Shown piece after piece: positions 1 through 9,434 of a stretch of 64,000 nucleotides of DNA. Within the stretch, counting starts at the first letter, position 1; each line of letters starts with the position of its first letter. Origin of the DNA: Mucilaginibacter sp. 44-25 (GTDB taxonomy: Bacteria > Bacteroidota > Bacteroidia > Sphingobacteriales > Sphingobacteriaceae); the NCBI RefSeq assembly GCF_001898335.1, contig NZ_MKTS01000007.1, forward strand, positions 9,311 to 73,310, given 5' to 3'. Under the pieces are notes generated by a model, which saw only the letters and a program-made list of their open reading frames with translations, was not told the DNA's origin and searched no databases. A program made the position numbers and the translations under genes.

Positions 1-2
1 CG

Positions 3-362
3 GTTCGGCTTGATCAGAACCTACTGAGAAATTGCATCAATAACCTGATCACCAATGCTATAAAATATTCCGGCGAGAATACTTTTATCGATTTTAACAC
101 GGAGATCAATGAAACGCATTGCATCATTACAGTTAAAGATAATGGAATCGGCATTCCGGAAGCCGATCAGGAGCATTTGTTCGAAGCGTTTTTTCGGGCG
201 CACAATACCGGCACGATACCCGGGACCGGTTTGGGTCTTAACATAGTAACCCGGTATGTCGGCCTGATGAAGGGTTCTGTAAATTTTAGATCAGAAGTAG
301 ACAAGGGAACATTATTTACTATTGAATTTCCAAATCATGAGCAAGAACATATTAATTATTGA
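3..362 (+). CDS. Sensor histidine kinase, C-terminal HATPase_c domain (5'-partial)
   Basis: Frame open from position 3: N box (NNLITNAIKYS), G1 (VKDNGIGIP), F box (LFEAFFR), G2 (GTGLGLNIV). The end overlaps the start of the next gene. Confidence 0.93.
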   Translation, partial: VRLDQNLLRNCINNLITNAIKYSGENTFIDFNTEINETHCIITVKDNGIGIPEADQEHLFEAFFRAHNTGTIPGTGLGLNIVTRYVGLMKGSVNFRSEVDKGTLFTIEFPNHEQEHINY

Positions 363-1389
363 GGATAATGATGACATCCGGGAAAACGTCGTCGAAATAC
401 TGGAACTGGCCGGATTCAACGTTCATCAGGCACCCAACGGAAAAAATGGAGTGGACCTCGCCATTCATCACCATCCTGATCTGATCCTCTGTGACATCAT
501 GATGCCGGAACTGGATGGCTTCGGTGTCTTATACATGCTCAACAAAAACCCGGAAACCGAGCACATACCCTTTATCTTTTTAACGGCAAGGACAGAAAGG
601 TTTGATCTGCGAAAAGGAATGGAAATGGGTGCGGACGACTACCTGGCCAAACCCTTTGATGATCTGGAATTATTGAACGCAATCGATATTCGTTTAAAAA
701 AGCAGATGGCACAGGAAAAGTTCTATAGCAAGTCACTCGACCGGCTGCATAATTTGTTCAGTAAAAATGACGGACTTTCCGAGCTGAAAAATATTATTCA
801 GGAACGCCGGACAAAAGCGTTTAAAAAGAACCAAGTCATTTACTACGAAGGAGATAAAGGAAATGGACTTTACCTGCTGCTAAGCGGTAAGGTTAAATGC
901 ATTAAAATCGCTAAGGACGGGCGCGAGCTGATGACGGGGCTTTACGGTCGGGATGAGTATTTAGGCATCAACGCCATGCTGCTGAATGAAGGACACTCTG
1001 ATACAGCTACAGCAATGGAGGATTCCATATTATGCATGATACCCAGGGAACTTTTGGAGAAGCTATTGAATCAGTTCCCGGACGTGGCCAGAGAATTCAT
1101 TAAGCTGCTGGCGCAGGATATCAAGGAAAAGGAAGAACATCTGCTACAGATGGCCTACCATTCGGTCCGAAAGAAAATGGCCGAAGCGATGGTGCGCCTG
1201 CAGGTGCAACACCCCGAAACGGGACAAGGCTTCAGGATCTCCCGGGAAGACCTAGCCGCCCTAACCGGCATGGCAACAGAATTTGTAAGCCGGACATTGA
1301 CCGATTTTAAAGACGAAGGCCTGATCGGTAAAAAAGGAAGTGTGATCACGATCTTAAAATTAGAGGAGCTGGCGAAAATGAAAAACTGA
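337..1389 (+). CDS. Response regulator: receiver domain fused to cNMP-binding and Crp/Fnr HTH domains
   Basis: REC motifs ILIIEDN, PDLILCDIMMP, FLTA, DDYLAKPF; then Crp-type IYYEGD..LYLLLSGKVK, GRDEYLG; C-terminal HTH SREDLAALTG...FVSRTLTDFKDEGLI. ATG at 337. Confidence 0.92.
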   Translation: MSKNILIIEDNDDIRENVVEILELAGFNVHQAPNGKNGVDLAIHHHPDLILCDIMMPELDGFGVLYMLNKNPETEHIPFIFLTARTERFDLRKGMEMGADDYLAKPFDDLELLNAIDIRLKKQMAQEKFYSKSLDRLHNLFSKNDGLSELKNIIQERRTKAFKKNQVIYYEGDKGNGLYLLLSGKVKCIKIAKDGRELMTGLYGRDEYLGINAMLLNEGHSDTATAMEDSILCMIPRELLEKLLNQFPDVAREFIKLLAQDIKEKEEHLLQMAYHSVRKKMAEAMVRLQVQHPETGQGFRISREDLAALTGMATEFVSRTLTDFKDEGLIGKKGSVITILKLEELAKMKN

Positions 1390-1399
1390 CCAGTATCAT
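1386..1399. promoter_or_regulatory. Fnr/Crp-like box (TGA-N6-TCA)
   Basis: CTGAC-CAGT-ATCAT overlaps the stop codon of the REC-Crp gene, ~70 bp upstream of the next ORF. Confidence 0.5.
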
Positions 1400-1469
1400 A
1401 CTTAAATGCGCCGCAGCGCATGCTTTATCAGCATCACAAATTATAGGTTTGTACTTTAAATATAAACTT

Positions 1470-1793
1470 ATGAAAGCAGTAGCCTATGGCGTCCTGGCTA
1501 TTGAGAAAGAATATTTCGCCAAAGCCAATAATAAGAAGCATGATATTACGCTTATTGCTAATCAGTTGGCTATGGACACCGTGCATTACGCAGAGGGGAA
1601 AGAGGCCATCATCCTGCCGGAATACTTTATGCTGACGATAGATTTACGCAATAAATTAGGTAAAATGGGGGTTAAATATATCTTTCCCCGGCCTACCAGC
1701 GATAACCTCGCGGCTTTACCGGCAATCGCCGAACAGATAATCACAAATCTCGACAGGGCTAATGAGACTAACTGGCTTTTTCCTGCTTCCTGA
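1470..1793 (+). CDS. Short D-2-hydroxyacid (D-lactate) dehydrogenase-like protein, substrate-binding domain only
   Basis: MKAVAYGVLAIEKEYFAKANNKKHDITLIAN..AEGKEAII resembles the LdhA N-terminus; no GxGxxG NAD-binding domain follows. Confidence 0.6.
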   Translation: MKAVAYGVLAIEKEYFAKANNKKHDITLIANQLAMDTVHYAEGKEAIILPEYFMLTIDLRNKLGKMGVKYIFPRPTSDNLAALPAIAEQIITNLDRANETNWLFPAS

Positions 1794-2565
1794 AGGATCA
1801 AAATTTAATAACAGAACTTCTATAAAAACAATTGCCAATGTAAAGACGGTGAGCGCTGAAAATCACTTGACCAGTAAAAATTTCAAGCTACACTGATTTA
1901 AAATTAGATTCCAGCCTTGTGATTGAATTCGCGTACGTCTATGATGTCATCAATGTATTATTCCCGGAAGTGACCAAAGGCGTGGCTTTTACTGTAATGG
2001 TTTACTGATGAGGAGATCACTTTTAAATACCACTGTAGGCCATATTTAAAATACTGCGCTGCTGGAATAACAACTGGCTAACTTTATTTACTAAAAAGTG
2101 CGGCTGAAGCGGATCGTTCGATTTGATCAATAATGCAGCTTTTCCAGAAGTTGTGGTGAAACCGTACCCGAGTTACCTCCGTAACCCGTTACTAAAATTC
2201 CTTTCACACCCGCAGACGAAATCATGGTATATGCGTTTGCTTCATCCGCCCGGTCTGATTTTCCCTTCATCGCGGTAAATATCCATGATCTCAAAATCCG
2301 CCGCGTCTTGACTAGCGGAGTCAGACCTGATACAGTTTTGAGCTAAATTAAATCTGTAGTATACTTTTGCTGCCGCAATATATCGATCGCTTCAATTACA
2401 ATTGCATAATACACAGACCATTTTCGCAGTCCCTTTTTTGGATATTTTCGATTTTATTTTATCGGAAAGCTGGTTATTTCAGGTATTTTGTAATTGATCT
2501 GCGGGCGATCATTACCGAAGCCTGGTAAAACATCATAATAGCTAAAAGTTAGATATTTTTGAGTT

Positions 2566-2967
2566 ATGAATGTCGAAGTCAGAAGATACTCTCTCGCAAC
2601 TAAAAGCTTATTGGGAAAGGGCACTTTAACGAAGTCAACTAAAGGACAAACTATTACTTTAACATACGTTGAAGGGGCATTAAAACTCGAAGCAAGTGCG
2701 CTGTGCCATCCTTTAAAGGCTTTAGAAAAATTACGCTTACAGCTAGAAGAAGCTGACAATTCAGTATTAAATATCATAGGCTGTAGAAGCGATGTCGCTT
2801 ACAAACCCAATGGCGTAGGTAAAAGTTACATGATTGAAGCTGGAAAGCAAGCAACAATGATGGTTTCCTTGTTTGATCTGACAGAGGACTTAGATAACTT
2901 GACTACTGTTGCTGAACATAAAACAGCTTATCATAAATGGATCGACAGTTTGGCTGTTCTAAAATGA
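2566..2967 (+). CDS. Hypothetical protein (133 aa)
   Basis: ATG-started ORF in a region with no competing long ORF; no motif recognised. Confidence 0.55.
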   Translation: MNVEVRRYSLATKSLLGKGTLTKSTKGQTITLTYVEGALKLEASALCHPLKALEKLRLQLEEADNSVLNIIGCRSDVAYKPNGVGKSYMIEAGKQATMMVSLFDLTEDLDNLTTVAEHKTAYHKWIDSLAVLK

Positions 2968-3461
2968 CTAGAATTAAGACTCTGAAGCGATAGTAGTCAA
3001 TTCAGGGTTTTGGCTTCGTGTATAACGTAAGAAATCTAAGTTTTTCTGAGTTGACATTCAATAGTTATCTACCCTTGTTGACTTTTAAGAAGTCAATGTA
3101 AATGGCACTTGAACTCCAATCCCAACTAATTTTAGAAAAGTCAATTCAAGAATTTCACTATCCCTATAAAGTAAGAATTTGATGATTTTCTGAGTTAAGA
3201 TTGTTAGGTTCTATATCTGAGCAGTTCCATTTTAAAGAGTACTTAGCTGTGGGTTAATGAAGGAAAGAGTGTAATGAATTATTCAGCAAAGTTAGGCACC
3301 AGGATGTGACACAAGGCAAGGAACTACGGCATAAACCCACAGCCTAATACTCAGGTGTCCATTTATTCCGTTCCTCACTTGCATTTAGTCAATCCTTACG
3401 CCTGTATGGGCAACATAATTCATTTAATTACCTATAAATATGACTAAACAATAGAAAATTA

Positions 3462-3482
3462 GTGCGCCAAACGTGCGCCAAA
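3462..3482. repeat. Tandem 10-bp direct repeat, possible integrase arm-type site
   Basis: GTGCGCCAAA-C-GTGCGCCAAA, ~165 bp beyond the tRNA 3' end. Confidence 0.5.
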
Positions 3483-3600
3483 ACGAACCAAATCATGGTT
3501 CTATTAGCAGTTAGTACTATATTTGCTGATAACTGAATTGATTAAAAAAACTATAAACAAGATTATCAAACCTGTATTTCTAGCTTATAAACAAGGATTT

Positions 3601-3638
3601 AAAACAAGAACACCCCTTAGGATTAACTAAGAGGTGTC
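3601..3638 (-). terminator. Intrinsic terminator downstream of the tRNA
   Basis: Minus strand: ACACCTCTTAG-ttaatc-CTAAGGGGTGT (11-bp stem, one G-U pair) followed by TCTTGTTTT. Confidence 0.75.
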
Positions 3639-3646
3639 TACTTCAG

Positions 3647-3720
3647 TGCGCCCACCTGGGCTCGAACCAGGGACCAAAAGATTATGAGTCTTCTACTCTA
3701 ACCGACTGAGCTATAGGCGC
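3647..3720 (-). tRNA. tRNA-Ile2 (anticodon CAT, lysidine type); CCA not encoded
   Basis: GCGCCTATAGCTCAGTCGGTTAGAGTAGAAGACTCATAATCTTTTGGTCCCTGGTTCGAGCCCAGGTGGGCGCA folds as a cloverleaf. C4:G69, C5:G68 and G27:U43 match TilS identity elements, favouring Ile2 over Met. Confidence 0.93.
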
Positions 3721-3850
3721 TGAAAATATTCGATATTTTCGAGGCGCAATATTACACAATTAGGGTCACTTTGCCAAAGTGTAGACTAAATTTTTTTAAA
3801 GTTTTTAGGGCAATATATTCGGCTATTAGTAACTGGCTCAATATCAAATC

Positions 3851-5074
3851 TTAAAATGCTTCGCCTAAGTTCAGCATAATAGCACGGTAACCCTGGCTAA
3901 AGCCGTAATCGACACCAATATTGGTGTTTGCACCTTTGTTAAATTTAATACGTAAACCTGTTCCCGCTGCAGGATGCCACGACGTGAACAAGCTTTTTGA
4001 ACCGCTTACCGTGTTAACGTTGGTAAACACAACAAAACCAAGCAGCCCGTTATTAGTAATATCTCTGCGATACTCTGTCTCAAAATACAAAAGCGTTCTC
4101 CCGCGATATCGGTTTTGATCTATACCTCGTGCGGATCGATTATAGGGGTCCCAACCTGTACTTGGTAAATCCAGATATGGGGTTTTGTTCGAGAATGCCT
4201 TCCATAGATATGACCAAAAAGCAAGGGTATTTTGTTGATTCGGTTTTTCGGGGTTTATAGAAATGTACTTACGTACATCTATATACAGCGAAGTCCAGCT
4301 TTCTTGGCTTCCTAACAACTTAGGGTTAACTCGGTAAATAACATTGGCGTAAGCTCCCGGTAATGGGTTAATGGAGTTATTGCGGGTATCATACAAAAGG
4401 TTTAGGGTAACACCCGAGGAAAATGAATTACCATTAACGCCGTAATTATAACCGGTAAACTCTTTTAAGTCAATGTTAGGTTCATCGCTCCTTACGTCTA
4501 TCCTGTAATCAAGATCATAACCTATACCGGCAAATAGATACGGCTTAAGACGTTTTAAAACACTTTGATAAAAACGGATGTATTTGTAATCAACCAGAGT
4601 GCGATCAAGATAGCCGTTTCTATTACCCAATCCCCACGTATATTGCGGGTATACTAAAAAACGCGTATCACCTTGTACGGTCCATTTATTATTGGGTAGC
4701 CAGATGCTGGTGCGGAGTGGTAAACCAAACCTGCCTTTAAAATTAAGATAGGGTGTGAACGTGGCGCTGGATATATTAGTGGTTTGCCTTGGGCCAAGGT
4801 AAATACCTGCAGTTGTACTGGTTATTAATGCCTTACCGGTACCACCTGGTACTTGTCCACCGAAGGGCAATATGGAGAAATAAATGGTCTTATCTTCAGA
4901 AAAGCGTGGCTTACTTGTTTTTGGTTTAAATATAGATCTGTAGATGTCTATCACATCTGTTTGGTTAGCTGTATCTCTAACCGTATTGTTACCGGGTATT
5001 ATTGTGGTTGCATTTTGTCCGTAGGTGGTGGCAGTAAGCAAACATAGAAACGCAGCGGCAAGTAGTTTATACAT
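3851..5074 (-). CDS. BamA/TamA (Omp85)-family outer membrane beta-barrel with almost no N-terminal domain
   Basis: Signal peptide; LLYDTRNNSINPLPG; RGIDQNRYRG (lid-loop RG..RY motif); GTGLRI; C-terminal Phe (LNLGEAF). Confidence 0.8.
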   Translation of the reverse strand: MYKLLAAAFLCLLTATTYGQNATTIIPGNNTVRDTANQTDVIDIYRSIFKPKTSKPRFSEDKTIYFSILPFGGQVPGGTGKALITSTTAGIYLGPRQTTNISSATFTPYLNFKGRFGLPLRTSIWLPNNKWTVQGDTRFLVYPQYTWGLGNRNGYLDRTLVDYKYIRFYQSVLKRLKPYLFAGIGYDLDYRIDVRSDEPNIDLKEFTGYNYGVNGNSFSSGVTLNLLYDTRNNSINPLPGAYANVIYRVNPKLLGSQESWTSLYIDVRKYISINPEKPNQQNTLAFWSYLWKAFSNKTPYLDLPSTGWDPYNRSARGIDQNRYRGRTLLYFETEYRRDITNNGLLGFVVFTNVNTVSGSKSLFTSWHPAAGTGLRIKFNKGANTNIGVDYGFSQGYRAIMLNLGEAF

Positions 5075-5258
5075 AAAATAAAGTCAGCATTTGTATAACG
5101 TAATTTAACGATAGGTGTATAAATGTCCTTTGTACCTAATGTTTACGCAATTGAGTGTGGTAACGCAACTTACGCACTACCATCGTGCCAAAAATTAACA
5201 ATCCTATCAAAAGAAATAAACAGGAAAGCAATATAATTGCAATAGCAAATAAGCAAGT

Positions 5259-5894
5259 ATGCACAATATCAAAAACATCATATTTGATTACGGAAACGTA
5301 ATTTTTTCAATTGATTTTAAACGCAGTCAGAAAGCTTTCAGGCAATTGGGGATTTCAAATCCCGAAGAGTTTTTTGGTCACAGGCAACAAGATCAGATAT
5401 TTGATAAGTTTGACAGGGGAGAGGTAAGCGCCGACGAGTTTCGTTCTTACGTTAAGCAAAAGATAGGTAATGCCAACGTAACCGATCAACAGATCACTGA
5501 TGCCTGGAATAGTTTGCTCATAGGTATAGCACCCGGCAACCACGATTTGTTATTAAAGCTAAAAGAAAAATACCGTACCTTTTTGCTGAGCAACATAAAC
5601 GATATCCACTATAATTACATCATGAACTATCTTAAAACCGACTTTGGTTTTAACGATAACGAGCACTTGTTCGAAAAAACTTATTACTCGCACCTCATTG
5701 GTAAACGCAAGCCAGAATTAGCCATTTTTAAACAGGTATTGGAAGAGAACAACCTTGAAGCAGAAGAAACATTATTTATTGATGATTCTCCACAACATTT
5801 GGACGCAGCCAAAACCTTAGGTATACAAACCTTTTTAATGACCGCGCCTGATAACATACAGCAGTTTGCCGGGCGCGAACACCTTTTAGATTAA
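5259..5894 (+). CDS. HAD family phosphatase
   Basis: Motif I IIFDYGNVI, motif II LLSN, KRKPE, motif IV LFIDDS. Confidence 0.92.
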   Translation: MHNIKNIIFDYGNVIFSIDFKRSQKAFRQLGISNPEEFFGHRQQDQIFDKFDRGEVSADEFRSYVKQKIGNANVTDQQITDAWNSLLIGIAPGNHDLLLKLKEKYRTFLLSNINDIHYNYIMNYLKTDFGFNDNEHLFEKTYYSHLIGKRKPELAIFKQVLEENNLEAEETLFIDDSPQHLDAAKTLGIQTFLMTAPDNIQQFAGREHLLD

Positions 5895-5902
5895 AGTGTA
5901 AA

Positions 5903-7081
5903 TTAAACTTTTGCTGCTCTGCGCTTGCGCTCTTTACTGATCAGGCTTAGTTCGCGGCTCATTTGCCCGGCAATAGCAGTATTTTCCTGCGCACGGCGGA
6001 ACAAATAAGGCAGTACCGCTTTAACAGGGCCATAGGGCACGTATTTGGCTACATTGTAGTTAGCGTTGGCAAGGTTAAAGCTTAGGTTATCGCTCATGCC
6101 TAATAGCTGTGAGAAGTATACGTGAGGGTTTTTATGCTCTATCTTTTTCTCGTTTAGCAAGTCGGCTAATAGGCGACAGCTTTCTTCGTTATGGGTTCCG
6201 GCAACGAAGGCAATGTTGTTCACGTTATCGGCGCAATAGATTATGGCGTCGTTATAATCGCGGTCGGTAGCTTCTTTGTTGGGCTGGATAGGAGAGGGAT
6301 AACCTTTTTCTTCGGCACGTTTACGCTCTTTTTCCATATAAGCACCGCGCACTATTTTAGCACCAAGTATAAAGCCTTCTGTTTCGGCAACAGCATGGTC
6401 GGCAATCAGCGAAGCCAGCTTATCATGGCGATATAATTGATAGGTGTTGTAAACAATGTTCGTTTCCTTGTTAAAGAAACGCATCATGTTTAAAGCAAGA
6501 TGGTCTATTGTTTTTTGTATCCAGCTCTCTTCCGCATCTATCATTACCGGCACGCCCTCAGAATGGGCCATCTCGCAAATGGCCAATACCCTGTCTTGCG
6601 CGGTTTGCCATTCCAGTTGCTCGTCTACGCTTAGTTTTAAACCTGCATCAAGTTTTTCCAAAAGCGCAAAACGTGCAACACCGGTAACCTTAAAAACGGT
6701 AAGCGGTATGCTTTTGCTTTTTGCAGCAGTAAGTATGGTACGGATGATTTCGTCACGCGTGCTGTCAAAAACCTGTTCGCTATCTTCACCCTCAACCGAG
6801 TAATCTAAAATAGTCCCTACGCCTCCTGCAGCCAGGTTAGCCGTTGTTTTAGAACATTCTTCGATAGTTTCACCACCGCAAAAATGTTTAAATATGGTTG
6901 CTTTGATAATGCCTTTGATAGGCAAACCAATATTCATGGCGAAGTTGGTAATTGGTGGGCCTATCTTTACCAAAAAGTTAACGTTAATAACCTTAAATAG
7001 CCAGTAAGCGCGGTTAAGATCTGCATTTGTAGAATGGCGGAAAGCGATCTCGGTATTTTCGAAGGACAGTTTTTCGTTCAT
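5903..7081 (-). CDS. Proline dehydrogenase (monofunctional PRODH)
   Basis: FKHFCGGE, ILDYSVEG, MIDAEES, KIVRGAYM, GTHN, FSQLLGM, YVPYGPV..VLPYLFRRAQEN. Confidence 0.93.
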   Translation of the reverse strand: MNEKLSFENTEIAFRHSTNADLNRAYWLFKVINVNFLVKIGPPITNFAMNIGLPIKGIIKATIFKHFCGGETIEECSKTTANLAAGGVGTILDYSVEGEDSEQVFDSTRDEIIRTILTAAKSKSIPLTVFKVTGVARFALLEKLDAGLKLSVDEQLEWQTAQDRVLAICEMAHSEGVPVMIDAEESWIQKTIDHLALNMMRFFNKETNIVYNTYQLYRHDKLASLIADHAVAETEGFILGAKIVRGAYMEKERKRAEEKGYPSPIQPNKEATDRDYNDAIIYCADNVNNIAFVAGTHNEESCRLLADLLNEKKIEHKNPHVYFSQLLGMSDNLSFNLANANYNVAKYVPYGPVKAVLPYLFRRAQENTAIAGQMSRELSLISKERKRRAAKV

Positions 7082-7232
7082 GTATTGTACGGCGTTCGGG
7101 GCGGAATAAGTTAGCCCAACAAACCTGGTGAATTTTTCACTAAGTGTAGGCTATTATTTATAAACTCCTAACCGATTGCAAAATTATAAAATGATAACTC
7201 ATTATTGTACGAATAGTTTAATTTTGCCAACC

Positions 7233-7439
7233 ATGATTGAATTTAAGGTAGAGGGCGATTATATCCCAATGATACAGCTGCTTAAAGCGGTTAACCTGGT
7301 GCAAACCGGCGGGGAAGCACAGATAGTTGTTGCCGAAGGTGAAGTAAAATACAACGGTCAGGTTGATTATCGCAAACGCCTTAAAGTAAAAGCCGGCGAC
7401 GTAGTTGAATTTCGTGGCCAGCAAATAAAAGTGATATAA
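7233..7439 (+). CDS. S4-domain RNA-binding protein (YbcJ/YaaA type)
   Basis: LLKAVNLVQTGGEAQ...GEVKYNGQVDYRKRLKV. TAATTTTG -7 element just upstream supports ATG 7233. Confidence 0.9.
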   Translation: MIEFKVEGDYIPMIQLLKAVNLVQTGGEAQIVVAEGEVKYNGQVDYRKRLKVKAGDVVEFRGQQIKVI

Positions 7440-7448
7440 GATTTGCCC

Positions 7449-8507
7449 ATGCCAACCATCCAAAGCGACAGCTACCCAATATTTTTTAAGGATACAATAC
7501 AGGAACTGGTAAATTTTGTGGAGCGCGGAAACTACTCGCGTTTTTTTATCCTAACCGATGAGAATACAGGCGAGTATTGTCTCCCGGAGATACAAACAGC
7601 CCTTGCCCATCTTGATAAAACAGACATCATTGAGGTTAATGCCGGTGAAGAAAGCAAGAACATCGATTTTTGTGTCGGTATTTGGAAAATGCTTATTGAT
7701 TTTGGTGCTGACCGTAAGGCTTTGATGATAAACGTTGGCGGCGGTGTAATTACCGATATGGGCGGCTTTGTTGCATCGACCTATAAACGCGGGATAGATT
7801 TTGTGCAGGTACCGACATCTTTGCTGGCACAGGTAGATGCATCTGTTGGCGGTAAAACCGGCGTAGACCTTGACGGTGTAAAAAATATAATCGGCACATT
7901 TACACAGCCGAAAGCCGTTTTTATCAATGTGGATTTTTTACGGACCATGCCGCCGCGCCAGATCTTATCAGGCCTTGCTGAGATGCTGAAACATGGTTTG
8001 ATAGTTGACAAGGCTTACTGGGACAGTCTGAAAACGAGCGACCTCAGATTGCCATCTGCCGAATTGGTGCATCGTTCAGTTGAGATCAAAAATGATGTGG
8101 TGATAGAAGACCCCCATGAAAAAGGTATCCGCAAGGCGTTAAACCTGGGCCATACTATTGGTCACGCGGTAGAAACATGGTCATTAATGAATGATGAGAA
8201 CCATCTTACACATGGTGAAGCTGTTGCTATCGGCATGATATGCGAGGCATGGCTTTCTAATAAAAAGATTGGACTGCCGGTTGATGAGCTTGCGGAGATC
8301 ACCAGCGTGTTGATGAAGCTTTATCCAAAGTATGATCTACAGGAAGATACTTTTGATACCCTTTTGCAGCACATGCAAAACGATAAAAAGAACGAGAACG
8401 GTAATATTAACTTTACTTTATTGACACGTATAGGACAATACAGTATTGACAATGTATGCACACCTGACGAAATTTGCGACAGCTTAAAGTATTACGCAGC
8501 ATTATAA
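7449..8507 (+). CDS. aroB: 3-dehydroquinate synthase
   Basis: GGGVITDMGGFVASTYKRG, PTSLLAQVDASVGGKTG, EMLKHG, LNLGHTIGHAVE, HGEAVAIG, DKKN. Confidence 0.97.
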   Translation: MPTIQSDSYPIFFKDTIQELVNFVERGNYSRFFILTDENTGEYCLPEIQTALAHLDKTDIIEVNAGEESKNIDFCVGIWKMLIDFGADRKALMINVGGGVITDMGGFVASTYKRGIDFVQVPTSLLAQVDASVGGKTGVDLDGVKNIIGTFTQPKAVFINVDFLRTMPPRQILSGLAEMLKHGLIVDKAYWDSLKTSDLRLPSAELVHRSVEIKNDVVIEDPHEKGIRKALNLGHTIGHAVETWSLMNDENHLTHGEAVAIGMICEAWLSNKKIGLPVDELAEITSVLMKLYPKYDLQEDTFDTLLQHMQNDKKNENGNINFTLLTRIGQYSIDNVCTPDEICDSLKYYAAL

Positions 8508-9434
8508 ATGTCGTCTATAGATTCACGTTCAGAAGCCGTTATCGTATTGGTAAGTTTACTTATCCTGCTTACGCTAACAGAGATGTGGTTTAGCTATCGC
8601 GAAAACCGCAAATACTACGAAAAGCGCGATACGCTGACGAATATTTATCTAACATCCCTTGCCTTTATCCTTAACCTGGCTGTTAATGGCAGTACGTTTT
8701 TCTTGTTGCATTTTGCATGGCAATTTCGCCTGTTTGAGATACATAACACCTTTTGGTACTGGTTTGTACTGGTAATAGCGCAGGATTTTCTATACTGGGT
8801 TTTGCACTACACCGGCCATTATTGCAGGCTGTTTTGGGCCATGCACGTAACCCATCATTCATCAGAGCATTTTAATTTTACCACGGGTTTCCGCTCAACG
8901 GTTTTTGAGCCGTTGTACCGTACATTTTTCTATTTGCCATTGGCATTGATGGGCTTTAACGCTGTGGATATTTTATACGCTTACCTGGTTACTCAATTAT
9001 ACGGTAACATGGTCCATACCCAATATAAAGTGCCTCTGCCTAAATGGTATGGGTGGATATTTGTAACGCCGGCACATCACCGCGTGCACCACGCTTCAAA
9101 TATTCCTTACCTTGATAAAAACATGGGGATGGTACTCATCATCTGGGATAGGTTATTCGGTACCTTTCACGATGAGGACGCTGATGAACCTGTAAAGTAT
9201 GGCCTTACTCATCAACCCGAAGATATGGGCCCGGTTAACGTGATTTTCCACGAGTGGAAGGCACTTATTGCCGATGTGCGAAAAGCCCCCGGCTTTGGTA
9301 ATAAGCTTAAATACCTGTTTAACCCACCGGGATGGAGCCACGATGGCAGCACCCAAACTGCAAGGGTTTTACAGAAAGAGTATAAAAAGGCTGCTCATCA
9401 ACATCAGTATACGGCTGCAGAAGCAGGCGCTTAA
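8508..9434 (+). CDS. Sterol desaturase / fatty acid hydroxylase family membrane protein
   Basis: His clusters HYTGH, HVTHH and HHRVHH; N(M)G..LIIWDRLFGTF; several TM segments. Confidence 0.9.
   Translation: MSSIDSRSEAVIVLVSLLILLTLTEMWFSYRENRKYYEKRDTLTNIYLTSLAFILNLAVNGSTFFLLHFAWQFRLFEIHNTFWYWFVLVIAQDFLYWVLHYTGHYCRLFWAMHVTHHSSEHFNFTTGFRSTVFEPLYRTFFYLPLALMGFNAVDILYAYLVTQLYGNMVHTQYKVPLPKWYGWIFVTPAHHRVHHASNIPYLDKNMGMVLIIWDRLFGTFHDEDADEPVKYGLTHQPEDMGPVNVIFHEWKALIADVRKAPGFGNKLKYLFNPPGWSHDGSTQTARVLQKEYKKAAHQHQYTAAEAGA

Noticed and set aside
2100-2345. Minus-strand fragment DFEIMDIYRDEGK...RPG resembling a serine recombinase N-terminus
   Set aside because: The match is about a dozen residues, interrupted by stops, with no YxRVST catalytic motif; too weak to call a pseudogene.
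3647-3720. tRNA-Met assignment from the CAT anticodon
   Set aside because: Acceptor and anticodon stem identity elements fit Ile2, and the G1-C72 pair excludes initiator tRNA.
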